Assembly (NCBI GenBank): GCA_040285825.1
Contig: JAUPSS010000005.1
Location: forward strand, 1,612,001-1,676,000
Length of the DNA stretch: 64,000 bases
Direction of reading: 5' to 3'
Source: Eukaryota sp. TZLM1-RC
Lineage: Eukaryota; Protista; Metamonada: BaSk clade
Shown piece after piece: positions 45,205-58,397 of the stretch. The notes beneath the pieces were generated by a model. The model did no database searches and was not told the DNA's origin. It saw nothing but the letters and a program-made list of their open reading frames with translations. Numbering within the stretch: the first letter of the stretch is position 1; each line of letters starts with the position of its first letter. Position numbers and translations under genes: made by a program.

Positions 45205-48200
45205 GTATCGATTCTTGAATATATCCTGTCCTGTACCAAGATAGAGGATACAGCCCAAGCCTACAAGATGTATGACCGTGTAACTCTGAACTTAAACTGC
45301 CGAGATGCTGAAGAGGCCATTTCGAAGTATACCCGTGACTTTATGAGAGTTACCCGTAAGACCCCTACTCTGCAGAGCAATAGCCAAGCTCTTACCCGTA
45401 AATTCCTGAACGGAATCCGTCCTGAACCTTTAAGAAGGTTATTGAAGTCTGAAGCAGAAGACTTCCTTATCTCCTCTATCCCCGAAATCCTAAAGCGTTT
45501 AACCGACCTCTTGCCTGAATATCATAGACCTTATTCCAAACATTACCAACTATTTGAAGATAAACTAGCTAACAAGTATTCTGGAAATCCTAATCGAAGA
45601 AGTAATAACCAAAGGTCCCGAAGAACTCCTAATAGGAGGTATGTAACTCCAAACCAAGAACCACGAAGCACTAGAAGTAATGCTTCCCGATCTACTCAAC
45701 CGCAAGCCCGTACTGATCACTCTAGCAAATTTCCCCTCTCTGAGACCATTTGTAACTATTGCAAGAAACCCGGACATGTAGTCCGCGATTGCCCTGACCC
45801 TAACTGCAAATTGAGCCAAGTTAACAAGAAGAAACCTTATAAGAATCCAAAGAACCCTACTCACTTTAGAACCCATTCTACCCGTAATAAGACCCAATCA
45901 AATTCTATCGTCGAATCCATCAAGGAAGGATTAAAGGAAGACTACTCGATTGACGAAACTTATTATTCTCGTACTGTAACCCACTCCAGCTCTTCTGACA
46001 CTGAAGATTTAGCTTATAACGTATCATTAAACCCTCTTTCAATAAACTCCGATAGCTACTCTGAAGACACTTCATCTCCTAGCCCTAATACCTTTCTCTC
46101 TGACTCCAACTGCTATGATCTGGACGATGTGTTTGAAAATCTAGATTTTATCCTCCCTGGCCGAGATTTCCCCTCATTTCAAGACTTAACGTATGTTGAA
46201 CCTAGCAAACCACAGGTTGCCAAGCAGAAGACACCCTCTTTTCCTGCTCGTTGTGCTAGAAACGAAGTCCTGAAATCTTCTCGGGCAGCCACGATGCAGG
46301 ACGAAAGGGTGAGCTCCTGCGAAGCTTCTGTTGTCGAAAAGGAAACTGATTCTTCACTAACTTCCAGTGACTCTTTAGAGACTGATTTGCCTCAGATACA
46401 TGACCAGAGGAAAGCCCTGAGGGATAACATCCATGATTTCTCGTTGGAGAGAGCAAGTTCTCACCTCGATTCTGATATGGCCCTCCTGGACGCTGACTGT
46501 GCACAACGACCTGGTCCATCTGATAAAAACTCATCTCTCGAAGAATCTTCTGAAAGTTCTATAACTGAATCTGCAAATACGTTAGTCGCAGCTAAAATCT
46601 CCGCCCCAGCTCCTGCCTGTCTGATAATCCCTGATAAGTCTAAGATCTCTTTCACGCTGAAAGAACTGAATCAACCTATGGACAAAAACTTGTTACACCT
46701 GAAGATATTTACCAAACCTGATCACTTTCTGTATGGTATGGTTGACACTGGAGCAACCGTATCCTGTATTTCCGAAGAACTCGCTGAAGTAGCCAAGCTC
46801 CACATTGAGAACCAAACCACCTCTTTAAGTTTAGCTGATGGAAAGCTAATTGATGTTAAGCTAGCTAAAGGAAGATTCGCCTTCATGTTAGGAGGAACCG
46901 CTAAGCTAACCTATGTAACCTTGAGACTCTGTCTATTACCCTGTCCCAACAATTTTATTCTTGGATGTGACGCCCTAAAACGCCTTGGTTTATTAACTGA
47001 AGATTTTCTGTTTATTAATCTTTCAACCCGCAACTTACAGATTCAAGAAGATGAATCTATTCCTGACTGTTTCCTACCTGATTCCCAGAACGTTTGCTCT
47101 CACCACGACCTATCTGATACCTCGACTGCCCCTGAATTCGTCCAAGCTTTAAGTGACGATCTATTAAAGAAGTTACCTGACATTGAGAAAACCAGCTTCA
47201 ATCTCAATGACACTGCTCTGTCTGTAGAAGTCAAGAAACTACTACTTAAGTTCCCTGATATTTTTGCTAAACTACCCGCTCCTGAAGGAATAAAATGTGA
47301 ACCAATGAAGTTAGAATTCTATGATGAATCCTCAATTGTTAGTAAGAAAGCAAGATTCTTACCACCAGACAAGCTAAAGATTGCTAATGAAGAAATTGAT
47401 ACTCTACTGAAAAACGGCTTTGCTGTCCCTTATGATGGTCTATTCGCCTCACCAATCCATCTGGTTTGTGCCCCTGGCAAGGCTCCACGATTAACAGGAG
47501 ATTATTCAGGTCACAAAGGTATCAACGATCTAACCATCCCTGTCCCTGCTGACTTACCCAGAATTACAGATGTCTGTGCCTTCCTGTCTTCTGCTACCTA
47601 TGTCGCAACTCTAGATCTCCCCAAAGCCTTCTGGCAATTGAATCTACGACCAGAGGATCAACCCAAGACCGCCATCGTTATACCTGGAAGGAAGGTAATG
47701 TTTACTCGTGCCGCTTTTGGTTTAAAAAATGTACCAGCTATCTTCCAAAACTTAATGAGGAAAATTTTTGATTGTGACGGAGTTTTTATCTATCTCGACG
47801 ATATAATCGTAGCTGCTGAAAACAAAACAGATTTCTTGAACCGTCTAGAGTATATATTTATGAGAGCCCGAGACTACTGAGTCCGAATTGGCCTTCACAA
47901 GTGCGCTTTTCAGACCAAAGATTACCCAATTCGTGTTTTAGGAACTATTTTTGAGAAAGGAACTCGAAGAATCTGCCCCTCTAGAATAGTAAAGCTGAAT
48001 AAAATTCCAATCCCAACTTCCGTCCCAGAACTACGTTCTTTTGTAGGTGCAATCAACTTCGTTCGAGATTGGTTACCTGCAGTAAGCACTGAACTCGCCC
48101 CGCTCACCGAACTACTTAAAGGATCTCCCCGCAAGATACATCTGAACCAACAACAGATTGAATGCTTTCAGAATATTAAGAAGTTGATATCAAATAGCGT

Positions 48201-50885
48201 GCCATTAGAGCTCCCCGATGACACTTCTCAAATATTAGTCTCTACTGATGCTTCAGAGAAAGGCATCGCCGGCATTATCTGGAAAGAACTTTCCCCTTCC
48301 GAACCTGGAGCCTGTCTTTCAGAAAGAAATGTAGCCCCCCTATCATTTTATTCCAGGATTCTCACCCCTTCCCAGCAACGATGGTCTACTTTACAGAAGG
48401 AATTATTCGCCATCGTAATGACCTTGAACCAGCCAAACCTGTCGTCTTTCTTGCAAACTAAGCACCTCACTTTGTTTTGCGATCACAAAAATTTGTCCTA
48501 CCTGCTCTCTTGCCCTGACTCCAACCGTGTAGTTCTCCGCTGGATCCCTGTATTGCAGTCCTTCTCATTTGATTGTGTACACGTAGATGGACCAAATAAT
48601 CATTGGGCTGATTATTTATCGCGGTCACTCCCTAAGAAAGAAGAAAAACCTGAAAAGAAGAAAACGAAGACCAGAAGTGCTAAAGCAAGTGCGAAGGTAA
48701 ACTCCTTGATCTCTATCGAAGACGGGAAGACCCCCTTCTACCAAGTTACCAGTTATGATCCTGAAGAACACTACAGAGGACTCCCGGCTAGACTAAGAAC
48801 CGCTTCTTACTTAGAAATGGCTTCATATTATAACCCAGACAGTCGATCCTTGCCTTGTCCTTGTCAAGCCGGACATGGTTTCCACTATTGCCCTGGCGAG
48901 GAACGTTTCTGTGAAGTTGTTGATGATAAATATTATACTGAAGTAGGAAACCGTAACCCTGACACCATGCTTACCCATATCAAGGAACCAGTATCACCGA
49001 TCATAGACAAAATCAATGTTTCACAAGCCGTTATCCCCATTGTCCCGATTCCGCTTATCTGTTACAACGCTAAGGCCCTTCTATACCCTCCAAACTTGAT
49101 CTTCCCCTTCTCTCCAATCGAAACCTTTTTCAACCTCCATGCCATTGACACTCCACCTTCATGGTATTCCCTTAATCATTGTGACGCCAGGAGACTCTTG
49201 ACTGCTACCGCCCTTCGTTCCGAATCAGATCCATTCGCCATTCTTAACTCCCTGAAACATTTTTCTTTACTTGATCGTAGGGACATCAATAACATTCAAA
49301 ATGGATCCTCTCCTTATCATTTTATCCTCTCTACTGACATATGCTTTATTTATCAACATGTGTTTCCTCTTTCTAAGTCAAAAGATCCTTACGCCTCTGT
49401 CGCTCATATGTACCCTGATACCCCAATTCACCCAAAGATCCACAATCGTTCTATTCCAATAGCTGATTTTATCCAACACAGCAACTTGAATAACCGCCTT
49501 TATTTCTATGACCCAACTCTCCGTGCTCGCTCATATCTCCCTGAAGTGATTCCGCCTAATGCCTTCTTCATAAAACTTAACTGCTTCCCTGCCTGTGTAA
49601 CCTTAGGACAGTTAATTAACAATATCGACCCCCTGCATCTAGCTCCCCTGCCACTCGAGATGATTCCCTATACTCCTGATCACGCCTCCGATATCTCCTT
49701 TAACCTAGAAACTTTATTTGTTAATGATGATTTATATAAACTCACTGAGAATGATATCCTGACACTACCTATCATCGAATTCTTAAGATATGGAATCTTA
49801 AATCCTAGCCAACGAAGTCCAATTCCTCTCTCTAGGTATAGCCTCCAATTCTACGACGAAATCTACGAAGAAGTCTTGTATTCCCCTTTCCTCAGCTCCC
49901 GATCCTGGTCCGACGCTGATATAGAACATGAACTAGAAATGCAAGATTTGATAGGAGATGAAAACGCCGGATCATCCATCCCCTGTTATATTCCCCTCCT
50001 ATCTCTGGTGCCGCCGTTAACTCTCACCGACCGCTACAGCTTTATAACATTTCCTCCGAGTTCATTCCCGACTACCTAATGTACCCTTTATTTGTTTACA
50101 TCTATCATTATTGTGATGATGGTAATGCGTGCCCCCATCCCGTGGTGACTTACCAATACTCCTATGAAGAAGTAGAAAATAGTCCTATTCCTAAGCAACT
50201 GCTTACCCCAGTTCCCCGTAATTTTTACCTTTCTTCGAAACTCAACTCATGCAACACCTGCCCACACGTAGATAGTATTCACAGATCCTTGCTAGACGAA
50301 CCCTCGTTAGCTAATTACATCCGAACAACCAAGCCTTTAGACACCATACGGTATAACTTCAAAATCTCTTTCTACGATAAAGAACTCCAAGCCGTAGTCC
50401 TTCCCAGACAGCTCCCCGATGGAACTTATAGTAAAGAAATGCACTCCCTCGTTCCATTCCCAGACCCTGATCAGTCCATTGAATCAGTTTGCTCGATTGT
50501 AAATGTAACCACGAGATCTCAAGTGCCCCGAGAAGAAACTGAAGAAGACACTCAAGAAGTTGACCCTGAACCCAACACACCTGAAACCACTTCATCAGAC
50601 TTCATCGACCAGAACTCTGCCCACTCTCCTGCTGAAGCTTTCTTAAGGAAGATCTTTAATGAACAACAGAAGTTGTTAGATGATGACGAACTTTTCTCCA
50701 ACTGTGTAATTGATGAAAAGACCGGCCTTAAACTAACTCCAGATAAGAAGATCATTTTGTGGTCCGATGGCACCCAATTGTCCCAACCTGTAGATACCGT
50801 TAAGAATACTGTAGCTTTCCAACGGTACTCAAAGATGATGAATCTTGACAAACCCAGAAGAAGAGGAAAGAGAAAGAAGAGGTAG
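45205..50885 (+). pseudogene. Family-2 Gag-Pol with ~600-aa uncharacterised insert between RNase H and the pre-integrase linker
   Basis: One frame from 45205 with an in-frame TGA at 47878 and one probable C-run frameshift near 49995; ends KKIIL/WSDGTQLSQPVDTVKNTVAFQRY..RRRGKRKKR*. Confidence 0.8.
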
Positions 50886-51059
50886 TGTTGGCTCCTCGCC
50901 ATAGTTAGTTGTTTTGTCCCTTACAGTAATCACGTGATGCCACGTCATCACGTATTTATTTAGACTGTTGTATTATTTCATTTGATTATTCCCACACCTT
51001 GTAATAAACACCCCGTTTTCCTGTTTATTACCTCGATGCATCCTCATACTAGCCCAACA
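50886..51059 (+). repeat. Putative 3' LTR of family-2 element (174 bp)
   Basis: Follows PPT; TGTTGG...CCAACA terminal inverted repeat; AATAAA; CRE homology resumes exactly at 51060; no second copy in window. Confidence 0.75.
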
Positions 51060-52782
51060 ACAAACTGATATTTCACATGTTCCACTCTACCTAACTGTGC
51101 CAAAGGTTCTTCATATTTTTTTATCTTCTTTTTTTCGGCGTTAGATAACGGCGAGTCAGCGGAATACACTAAACGAGCAGCAGAATTTTTGCAAACATCC
51201 ACTGAGACAACGTCTACAACATTGAGAACACCATCGATCCCTGGAGCTACTAAATCTGCCCTTCTTTTACCAAAGGAATCATCAGTTTGATCTGAAGACA
51301 GCTTACGTACTAGTGGCTCAATAAATGCCTCTATATTGAAACTTTTGCACATGGCATATAATTGATCACGAACTGAGTCATGAACAAGTGAGCGATAAGT
51401 TATAAAATACTTACAGTTTAAAATATGGGAAAGCGTAACAACACTCTTGCAGCGACAAATTAAATCATTTGGTAATGAACAAGGCCATAGAAAACATCTC
51501 ATTCTCATTGCAGTGGTCCATTGGTGATCATTAAGTAGAAGGCCATAAATGTTGGGAATTTGGGAGATTAGGCAACTTGAGCAACTGTCTTCAAGATCAA
51601 TCAAAAAGTTTGCAAAAACGGGATTTTTTTCCTTAGCCAAGCTAAGACGTACAATATAATCCAAGTTTTTTAAAACTTTCAAGATTTTTTTCTGCAATTT
51701 TGCAAAAGTCAGTGGTAAGGAGAGCAAGCTTCTTGAAGGAAGTTCCACAATATCAGAGGGGAAACATTTAGCCCAAATATTGGGTGAAAGAGTTTCAATT
51801 TCCTGTTGCAATGAAATAAGATAAGAGCTGCCACAATTTTTCAATGAGATGAATTTTTCAGGAAAACGATTCACAAATTCATAAATAAAATTCTTTCCAC
51901 CTCCAATAAAGGCAGCTTTACAAAGGTAGCTTGATTTATGAAAATCAACACCACCAAAATTTGTACCACAAAAAATGTGGCTTCGTAACTGAGATGCATC
52001 AATTTCCAATAATTTTGCTAAAAAATTGGTTCTTTGTTCATTAAAAATGCGACAAAACTCCAAAGAAATTGATGGTGATGTTGATCTCAAAATATGAGTA
52101 AATTTTCCAGAATAACAGATTTTTAGGAAAAGAATTTCAAATGTTTCTCAATATTTAAATTTTCTATTGATTCTAATTCATTTCCAAATTGAGTCAACAG
52201 AGTCGAAAGTTGGCTTTTGACTTCATCAATATTTCCGAGATAACAACCCAAAAACGAAAACCAGACTGATCATAATTGATAAAGGGGACATTGACATCAT
52301 TAATGAAAAAAATCAATTGGTTCATGGCCAATAATCAAACATTTGGAGATATTCAATGAGAGACCAATATCTTCATAACGCTGTTGAATAAAAGTTGCTA
52401 TTTGTTTCAGAATTGTAATAGGAGCAAATACAGAAATGTCATCCATATATGCTACAATATCTATTTCTGGGAATTTTTCTTTCAATTCGCACATTAATGG
52501 ATGAATTGCCAGACAAAAGAAAAAAGGACCAAGTGGATCACCTTGTTTAACACCTGAAGACGAAAGCAGGTCAAAGTTTTCATAGACCAATGTGGATGAT
52601 TTTCCATAAAATGAAAAGAAAAAAGGCTCAACTTCAGGAAAATGCTTTCGCAGCAAAGGTAAAATGGAAGAACGAGATACAGAATTGAAAGCATTCTTAA
52701 AATCTAAATTGAAGATGTAATTAGAATCACTAGAATTAAAAAACACATCCGACGAAAGAGCAGCAGAAGAAGCACCATCAAC
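51060..52782 (-). mobile_element. CRE-like subfamily A copy nested in element 3, 3' end cut by element 2
   Basis: VDGASS..LDFKNAFNSV..GVKQGDPLGP..AYMDD; CRC..HILNCKY..HDSVRD; RRADLV..VVDV..AEKKKIKKY. Confidence 0.92.
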
Positions 52783-55700
52783 TCTTATGAAATTGACTGA
52801 GCCAACTAACGACCGTACTTCTTTGATAGTTTTTGGAGCAAGTATGTCTATTAAAGCATCTGCTCGTTTTTTGCTAATTTTTCGTTGTTTGAATTGGAAA
52901 GTGCTGCCTAAAATGTCAATTGGTTGTTTGTCAGTAACGAATTTACATTTTCTCAATCCAATGTTGACTCTTCCACTCCTTGCGCATTGCAGTACCCTCT
53001 GTATTCTGTCAAAGAATTCTTGAAGGGTTGATCCTATTATGATTATGTCGTCGATGTAAATAAATACTCCTTCTATTTGGAAAATTTTCATCATTACATT
53101 TTGAAAACAATCGCTGGGATATTCTTTAGTCCGAAGCATGCCCTTTTAAACATAGTCGATCTGCCAGGAATAGAGATAGATGTCTTTTCAATATCTTCGT
53201 CAGCTACTTTCATTTGCCAAAAAGCCTGACTCAGAAATTCTAAAACATCTGCAATTAATAATAAGTTAGACTCGACCGGAATTGTATGAGCGTTAACTCC
53301 ATCTTTACCACTGAAATCGCCCGTCAACCTAGGTTTTCGATCATCAGGGTATATCACTAATACTATTGGGGAACTAAACTTGTAGTTCGATTCAATTGCA
53401 TAGCCCATTTCAATCAATTCATCAAACAGCTGGTTGGCTATTTGTAATTTCTTTGGGTTGAGGCCCCGAGCTAGTTTATGTACAATTGTATTAGTTTTGT
53501 AGAAGGGGATTGTCATAGGTGGACAATCGATTCCATCTTTATTGGGCTTTTCGCTGAATACGTCCTTGTATTGAGCTAATATATCAGACAAACTCTAATT
53601 ATACTCACTGTCATCTAAATTAATCTCACATCCAGATCTATCAAATTGCTGAGTGAAATCTTCTTCACTGCAAGAAGTTGATTCTACGTGGCCAATTTGG
53701 TGAGTTTTAATTCTGTTATCAAAAATGGTTTCAGCATTTAGCAAGGTGCAGCGCTCTTCGTCTAGTAAAATAACTTAACGGTCAGATGTCAGTAGCCCAA
53801 GTTGTTGTAACATGTCTACCCCAATTAAAAATTTGTTCGACCCTGGTATAATGGGGAGAGTATGATTTATTGATACTTGGTTCGCGATGCTGCCAACACT
53901 GAATGTCAAAATGCTTTGTGCACTCCCAAGCGAATTCGTTGATACATTGCTAGCAGGGATGAATTGTGTATATCGTTTTCATTTATGGACATTGAACACC
54001 GATTTGCTAGGTCGAGGGAAATGACAGAACAAAATGCAGCTGTGTCTATCATGCCTTCTATGACCGTATCGTTGATTCTAACCTGAAGCTCTAAAAACTG
54101 AGGCTGCTTGGATCTGTTGTGGTTTATACAAGGTGCAAATTCATCTGCTCGATTGTATAAACCTCTTTCTAAACTGTTTAAACTCAAAAATTTATCTACT
54201 TTATTATCATTACCGAAAGAAAGTGGGTTTAAGAGGGATGCTTGAGCTGAATGTTCCGATTGGCTAGTTGAATAAATGTGGCTCAATTCGGGAGCTGTAG
54301 CGTGCGATGATTGGTGTATATGAAGCATATATGCACGATTTTTATTACCTCTCGTACCACGGCCACCTCGGCCCCTATATCTACCTTGGCCTCTACTATG
54401 GCCTCTATGAATATTTTCAAAACTATCGTGAGTACCTCTGAATGGTCTTCCTCGGCCTCTACTTCTGCCGGCGCTTCTTCGTTGATCTAGTGGAACAAGA
54501 GATCTGGTGCATCCGGGGTCTTCGCATTCTGCAATTACATGACCTGGCTTCTGCCAGAAGGTGCAGTATTTGTGGCCTCCTCTGTAATGCTTCTCTTTCT
54601 TTAGATTGGGGATGGATGAATCTTGTTGGCTTGTTCTCTTTTTCTTGGCTGAGGTGTGGAAATCACCTGTTTCTATCTTGGGTCTGGACGCATCTTTTCT
54701 CAATAGCTGGACCGTTTTCCTATTTTGAGCACCCTTTATCCATGATAATAAGTCATTTTTTACCTTCCTTGTTGATTTGGGGAAGCTCACTAGCTTGTCC
54801 TTCCAATAGCTCTCCTTACAGAATTCTTCGAACAGGGGCTCAGTGAAAGCCAAGTTGTTAATGCCTGTTAAAAAGGCATGAGCCACTGTTGACATTGGAA
54901 GAGCGAATACTCCGCTCGAGTGATCCACATCTTCGATCCTGGCTGATACATCAGTGATGTATGTAGACATTCTCAGGATGTCTCCAAAATTTTCCATGTA
55001 TATTGTAAACTCCCTTTCCGCGTCTTCGATTGAATTGACTTTACGCCAATTGAATTGGGGTTTGTGGAGGGCTAATTTGGCGTCATGGAGCGAGTTGAAT
55101 TGGCTCCTCCTACAAAGAAGCAGTAGAATTTCTGCGTCTGTAGGTTCCGTGCTAAGAATCTGTTGTTGTTTCCAAAAGGAAATTATTCTTGCGCTAATGC
55201 AACCCGAAATTCCCACGGGTTGGTTGTCGCTAAAATGGACCTGAAGAGGTCGTATGCGTGAATAGGTAACCCTATTTTCTGAATGAAGTTGGGGTCTATT
55301 CTGTTAATTTTGGGCGTCCGAAGCGACTCGAGCTGAGACTTTAACGAATTTATTTGATGTTGTATCTCGGTTGTAGTGCCTCTCTGTATTGCTAGTAACT
55401 GAGATAGACTGTTGACCATGTCAGCTTTTTGTTTCTGTTGCTGAGCTGAACTGTTTGAGGCATTTCTATTTTATCGATGTTTGTTGTTCCTCCTCTGCCT
55501 GTACTGTCCCAGAGAGCGAATTCCAGTAGGAAGTGTACGATTTTCATTTGAGTTTCTGCAAACTCGAATCTGGGGGGCTCATGGAGCGTATCGTGTTCTA
55601 CAGCCTTTGTTCTATAATGGTATCCAACGTGAGATTGTAGGTTTAAGTCAAGGACTTGACGTGGGTCATGAATTCCAGATGATGTTTCTGACCGATATGA

Positions 55701-57117
55701 GGAGAGATCTTGTCTGCTCAATCCTGGACCAGTTTGTTGTGAGGTCGGCTCTTCCATTGGTACAGATGTGTCTGATGGTTGGATAGTGAGGACCTCCATA
55801 GGAATGTCCTGATTACCAGGCTGTTGTAGCTGGTCAATTTGTAGTTTTTGAAGAGGTTTCGATTCCTCTTGAATGTTGAGCTGGATGAATGGCCTGAAGG
55901 GTCTAATGCTTTGAAAAGGCGTATCCTCTATACCTAATATTGAAGTGAAGGCGAAAGTTTTGTTATTAACCCAAGTGTCCCCAATTTGTACATTGTGGTC
56001 ATTGGGGGGAGACCTATAGGTGGAGATGACTGCCGTTTTCATGTTGGCATGATCTCGTTTGAAGGTGACTCCTTGCTCGACGAAGATTAGCCTGAACGGC
56101 TGAGATGCGGGTCTCATCTCAACGAGATCAGGGTTTGATGACGATGGTTAGTATTCGTAAACCTCTCTTACTACCGTGTAATCCACTCTAAATGTGCTGT
56201 TGACTTCATAAATTTTGTCCAGACCTGGCCTAAACCAGTCTGGGAGGAGGTGTATGTTCTCAGGTCCCTCGAAATTGTTAGAGAAGTCTCGACCATACTT
56301 TATGACCTCCAGCCACCGTATTCTAAATTCATATATGTCGAGGGTGGCCTTTTTTCCGATAAAATCGAATCTGTCAGCGCGAGGCTTGGACATGATGGAT
56401 TTATAGGAGGAGTCTAGTGGAAATAGTCGTATTCTGCGTTCAGCAGGTCTACCCGTCAACTCCTTGCTCTCTTGGTCAAGAAGCTCTATAGAGTTTTTAA
56501 GGACTTGTGAGATGAGGGCAACTTCCCTGAATCCTTCTAAAGTCTCGTTTAAGGTTTGTACCGAAACACAGTTTTCTAAGTCTGGGTACAGGGACGTATC
56601 TGAAGGGAGAGAGTCCACAAAGTGTGTTGGCTCCTGTTTCCCACTTTCTTCTTTTGAGAAAGTGGCGAGAAGCGCTTCTAATTCTGGGCTAATGGCAGGA
56701 GGTTTATCCTGCGAGACTTTGGCCGTAGTCAGGGCTGTGGTAGCCGTTGAATGGGCGTTTTGGTTGGAGGGGTTACCTCCGAAAGAGTTAGTTCAGGAGT
56801 GGAGTTTTGACCTGAACTCGGATTTGGAGGAGGGAGTCGAGGATCTCCGCTCGTATAAATGGTAGTGGGGTGCTGACCCGAACTAAATGAATTTGGAGTG
56901 AGGTGGGTTGCACCCGAACTCGTCGTTCCATGAGTGGAGTGTGAAACACTCGAACTCTCGTCTTTGTTTGGAGTACTCATTGCACTCGAAACTATGTAGA
57001 GAGGAGGGTTAGAAGGGTCTCCTCTGAAAGATGTCTGACATACCCCAGACATCTTTTTGTTGTTTACAGCGCTGTTGCTGTTTGGTGTGTGGTGTGCCTG
57101 TGACGCACAACAATTAT

Positions 57118-57238
57118 TGTTGCCTTTTGGCATTATGCTAGCTGTATGTTAGATGTATGTGTAAGGCGGGTTAAGATAAAGATAATTTTATTTAATGTTA
57201 TTCTATATATTTAGGTACTCACTGGTGAGATACCTACA
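57118..57238 (-). repeat. 5' LTR of family-3 element (121 bp)
   Basis: Minus strand TGTAGGTATC...GGCAACA. Confidence 0.88.
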
Positions 57239-57385
57239 TTTTATCGGAATAGCGATGTTATTTTTTCGAAAAATGTCGTAAAAGAAACGGCACTTTAGTC
57301 CTTTTTATTCCTTAAGAGGGGTCACTGTCATCTAGAAAGGTTTACTGTTATCAAATCTAACTTATGACACAGAATGTAATTAAAT

Positions 57386-58397
57386 GTAAGTAATGTTTCC
57401 CCTTTGATATTGTGGAACTTCCTCCAAGAAGCTTGCTCTCCTTACCACTGACTTTTGCAAAATTGCAGAAAAAAATCTTAAAAGTTTTAGAAAATTTGGA
57501 TTATATTGTACGTCTTAGGTTGGCTAAAGAAAAAAATCCCGTTTTTGCAAACTTTTTGATTGATCTTGAAGACAGTTGCTCAAGTTGCCTAATCTCCCAA
57601 ATTCCCAACATTTATGGCCTTCTGCTTAATGATCACCAATGGACCACTGCAATGAGAATGAGATGTTTTCTATGGCCTTGTTCTTGACCAAATGATTTAA
57701 TTTATCGCTGCAAGAGTGTTGTTACGCTTTCCCATATTTTAAACTGTAAGTATTTCATAACTTATCGCTCAATTGCTCATGACTCAGTACGTGATCAATT
57801 CTATGCCATGTGCAAAAGTTTCAATATAGAGGCATTTATTGAGCCATTAGTACGTAAGCTGTCTTCAGATCAAACTGATGATTCCTTTGGTAAAAGAAGG
57901 GCAGATTTAGTCGCTCCAGAAATCGATGGTGTTCTCAATGTTGTAGATGTTGTCTCAGTTGATGTTTGCAAAAATTCTGCTGCTCGTTTAGTGCATTCCG
58001 CTGATTCGCCGTTATCTAACGCCGAAAAAAAGAAGATAAAAAGTATGAAGAACCTTTGGCACAGTTAGGTAGAGTGGAACATGTGAAATATCAGTTTGTG
58101 CCATTTGCAATTTCTCTTTTTGGCAATATTGGACCGTCAGGGTTGCACTTTTTGAAAACTTCAAAAAAGTGTTACTGAATAGGTCTGGTAAAACAATGAA
58201 TTCCACTTTCTGGTTAAATAGAATTGTTTTTTGCATTTTCAAGTCTATTCCAACAATGATTTCAAAGGCACTTTTAGCTATTGGTGTAGAATATGAACGT
58301 AATGCTGTGAGTAGGTTTAGTAATAGTGACGCTTGTTTGGAGGATATTGAATTCTAGATAGATTTTTTTTTCTCAATAAATATTCCAGTTAAAAAAA
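57386..58397 (+). mobile_element. 5'-truncated CRE-like subfamily A copy with poly(A) and 15-bp TSD
   Basis: Near-identical to reverse complement of 51060-51770; AATAAA + A8; AGAATGTAATTAAAT at 57371-57385 and 58398-58412. Confidence 0.93.

Larger units (their letters stand above)
45203..51059 (+). mobile_element. 5'-deleted Ty3/Gypsy-type LTR retrotransposon, family 2 (integrase core missing)
   Basis: Gag CNYCKKPGHVVRDC, PR MVDTGATVS, RT LDLPKAFWQ/YLDD, RH TDASEKG..DHKNL..WADYLSR; PPT 50856-50882; putative LTR 50886-51059. Confidence 0.9.
44097..57238 (-). mobile_element. Older Ty3/Gypsy-type LTR retrotransposon, family 3, with nested insertions and an internal deletion
   Basis: LTRs 57118-57238 and 44097-44227; TSD TTTT (44093-6, 57239-42); PPT 44228-44240; broken gag-PR-RT at 57100-52783 (KPGHVIAEC, MIDTAAF, PRLTGDFSG, YIDD); IN core + chromo at 45202-44249 (SDNGPEF, SNGLVERKH, GPY). 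Confidence 0.92.

Noticed and set aside
47878-47880. Stop-codon readthrough or alternative genetic code at the in-frame TGA in family-2 RT
   Set aside because: Lies mid-RT in a defective copy and is explained by a single CGA>TGA change; host genes end in TAA, TAG and TGA normally
50077-50081. TAATG stop-restart coupling between ORFs 48184..50079 and 50079..50885
   Set aside because: The second frame is already open from ~49932, so a single-base loss in the C-run near 49995 explains it
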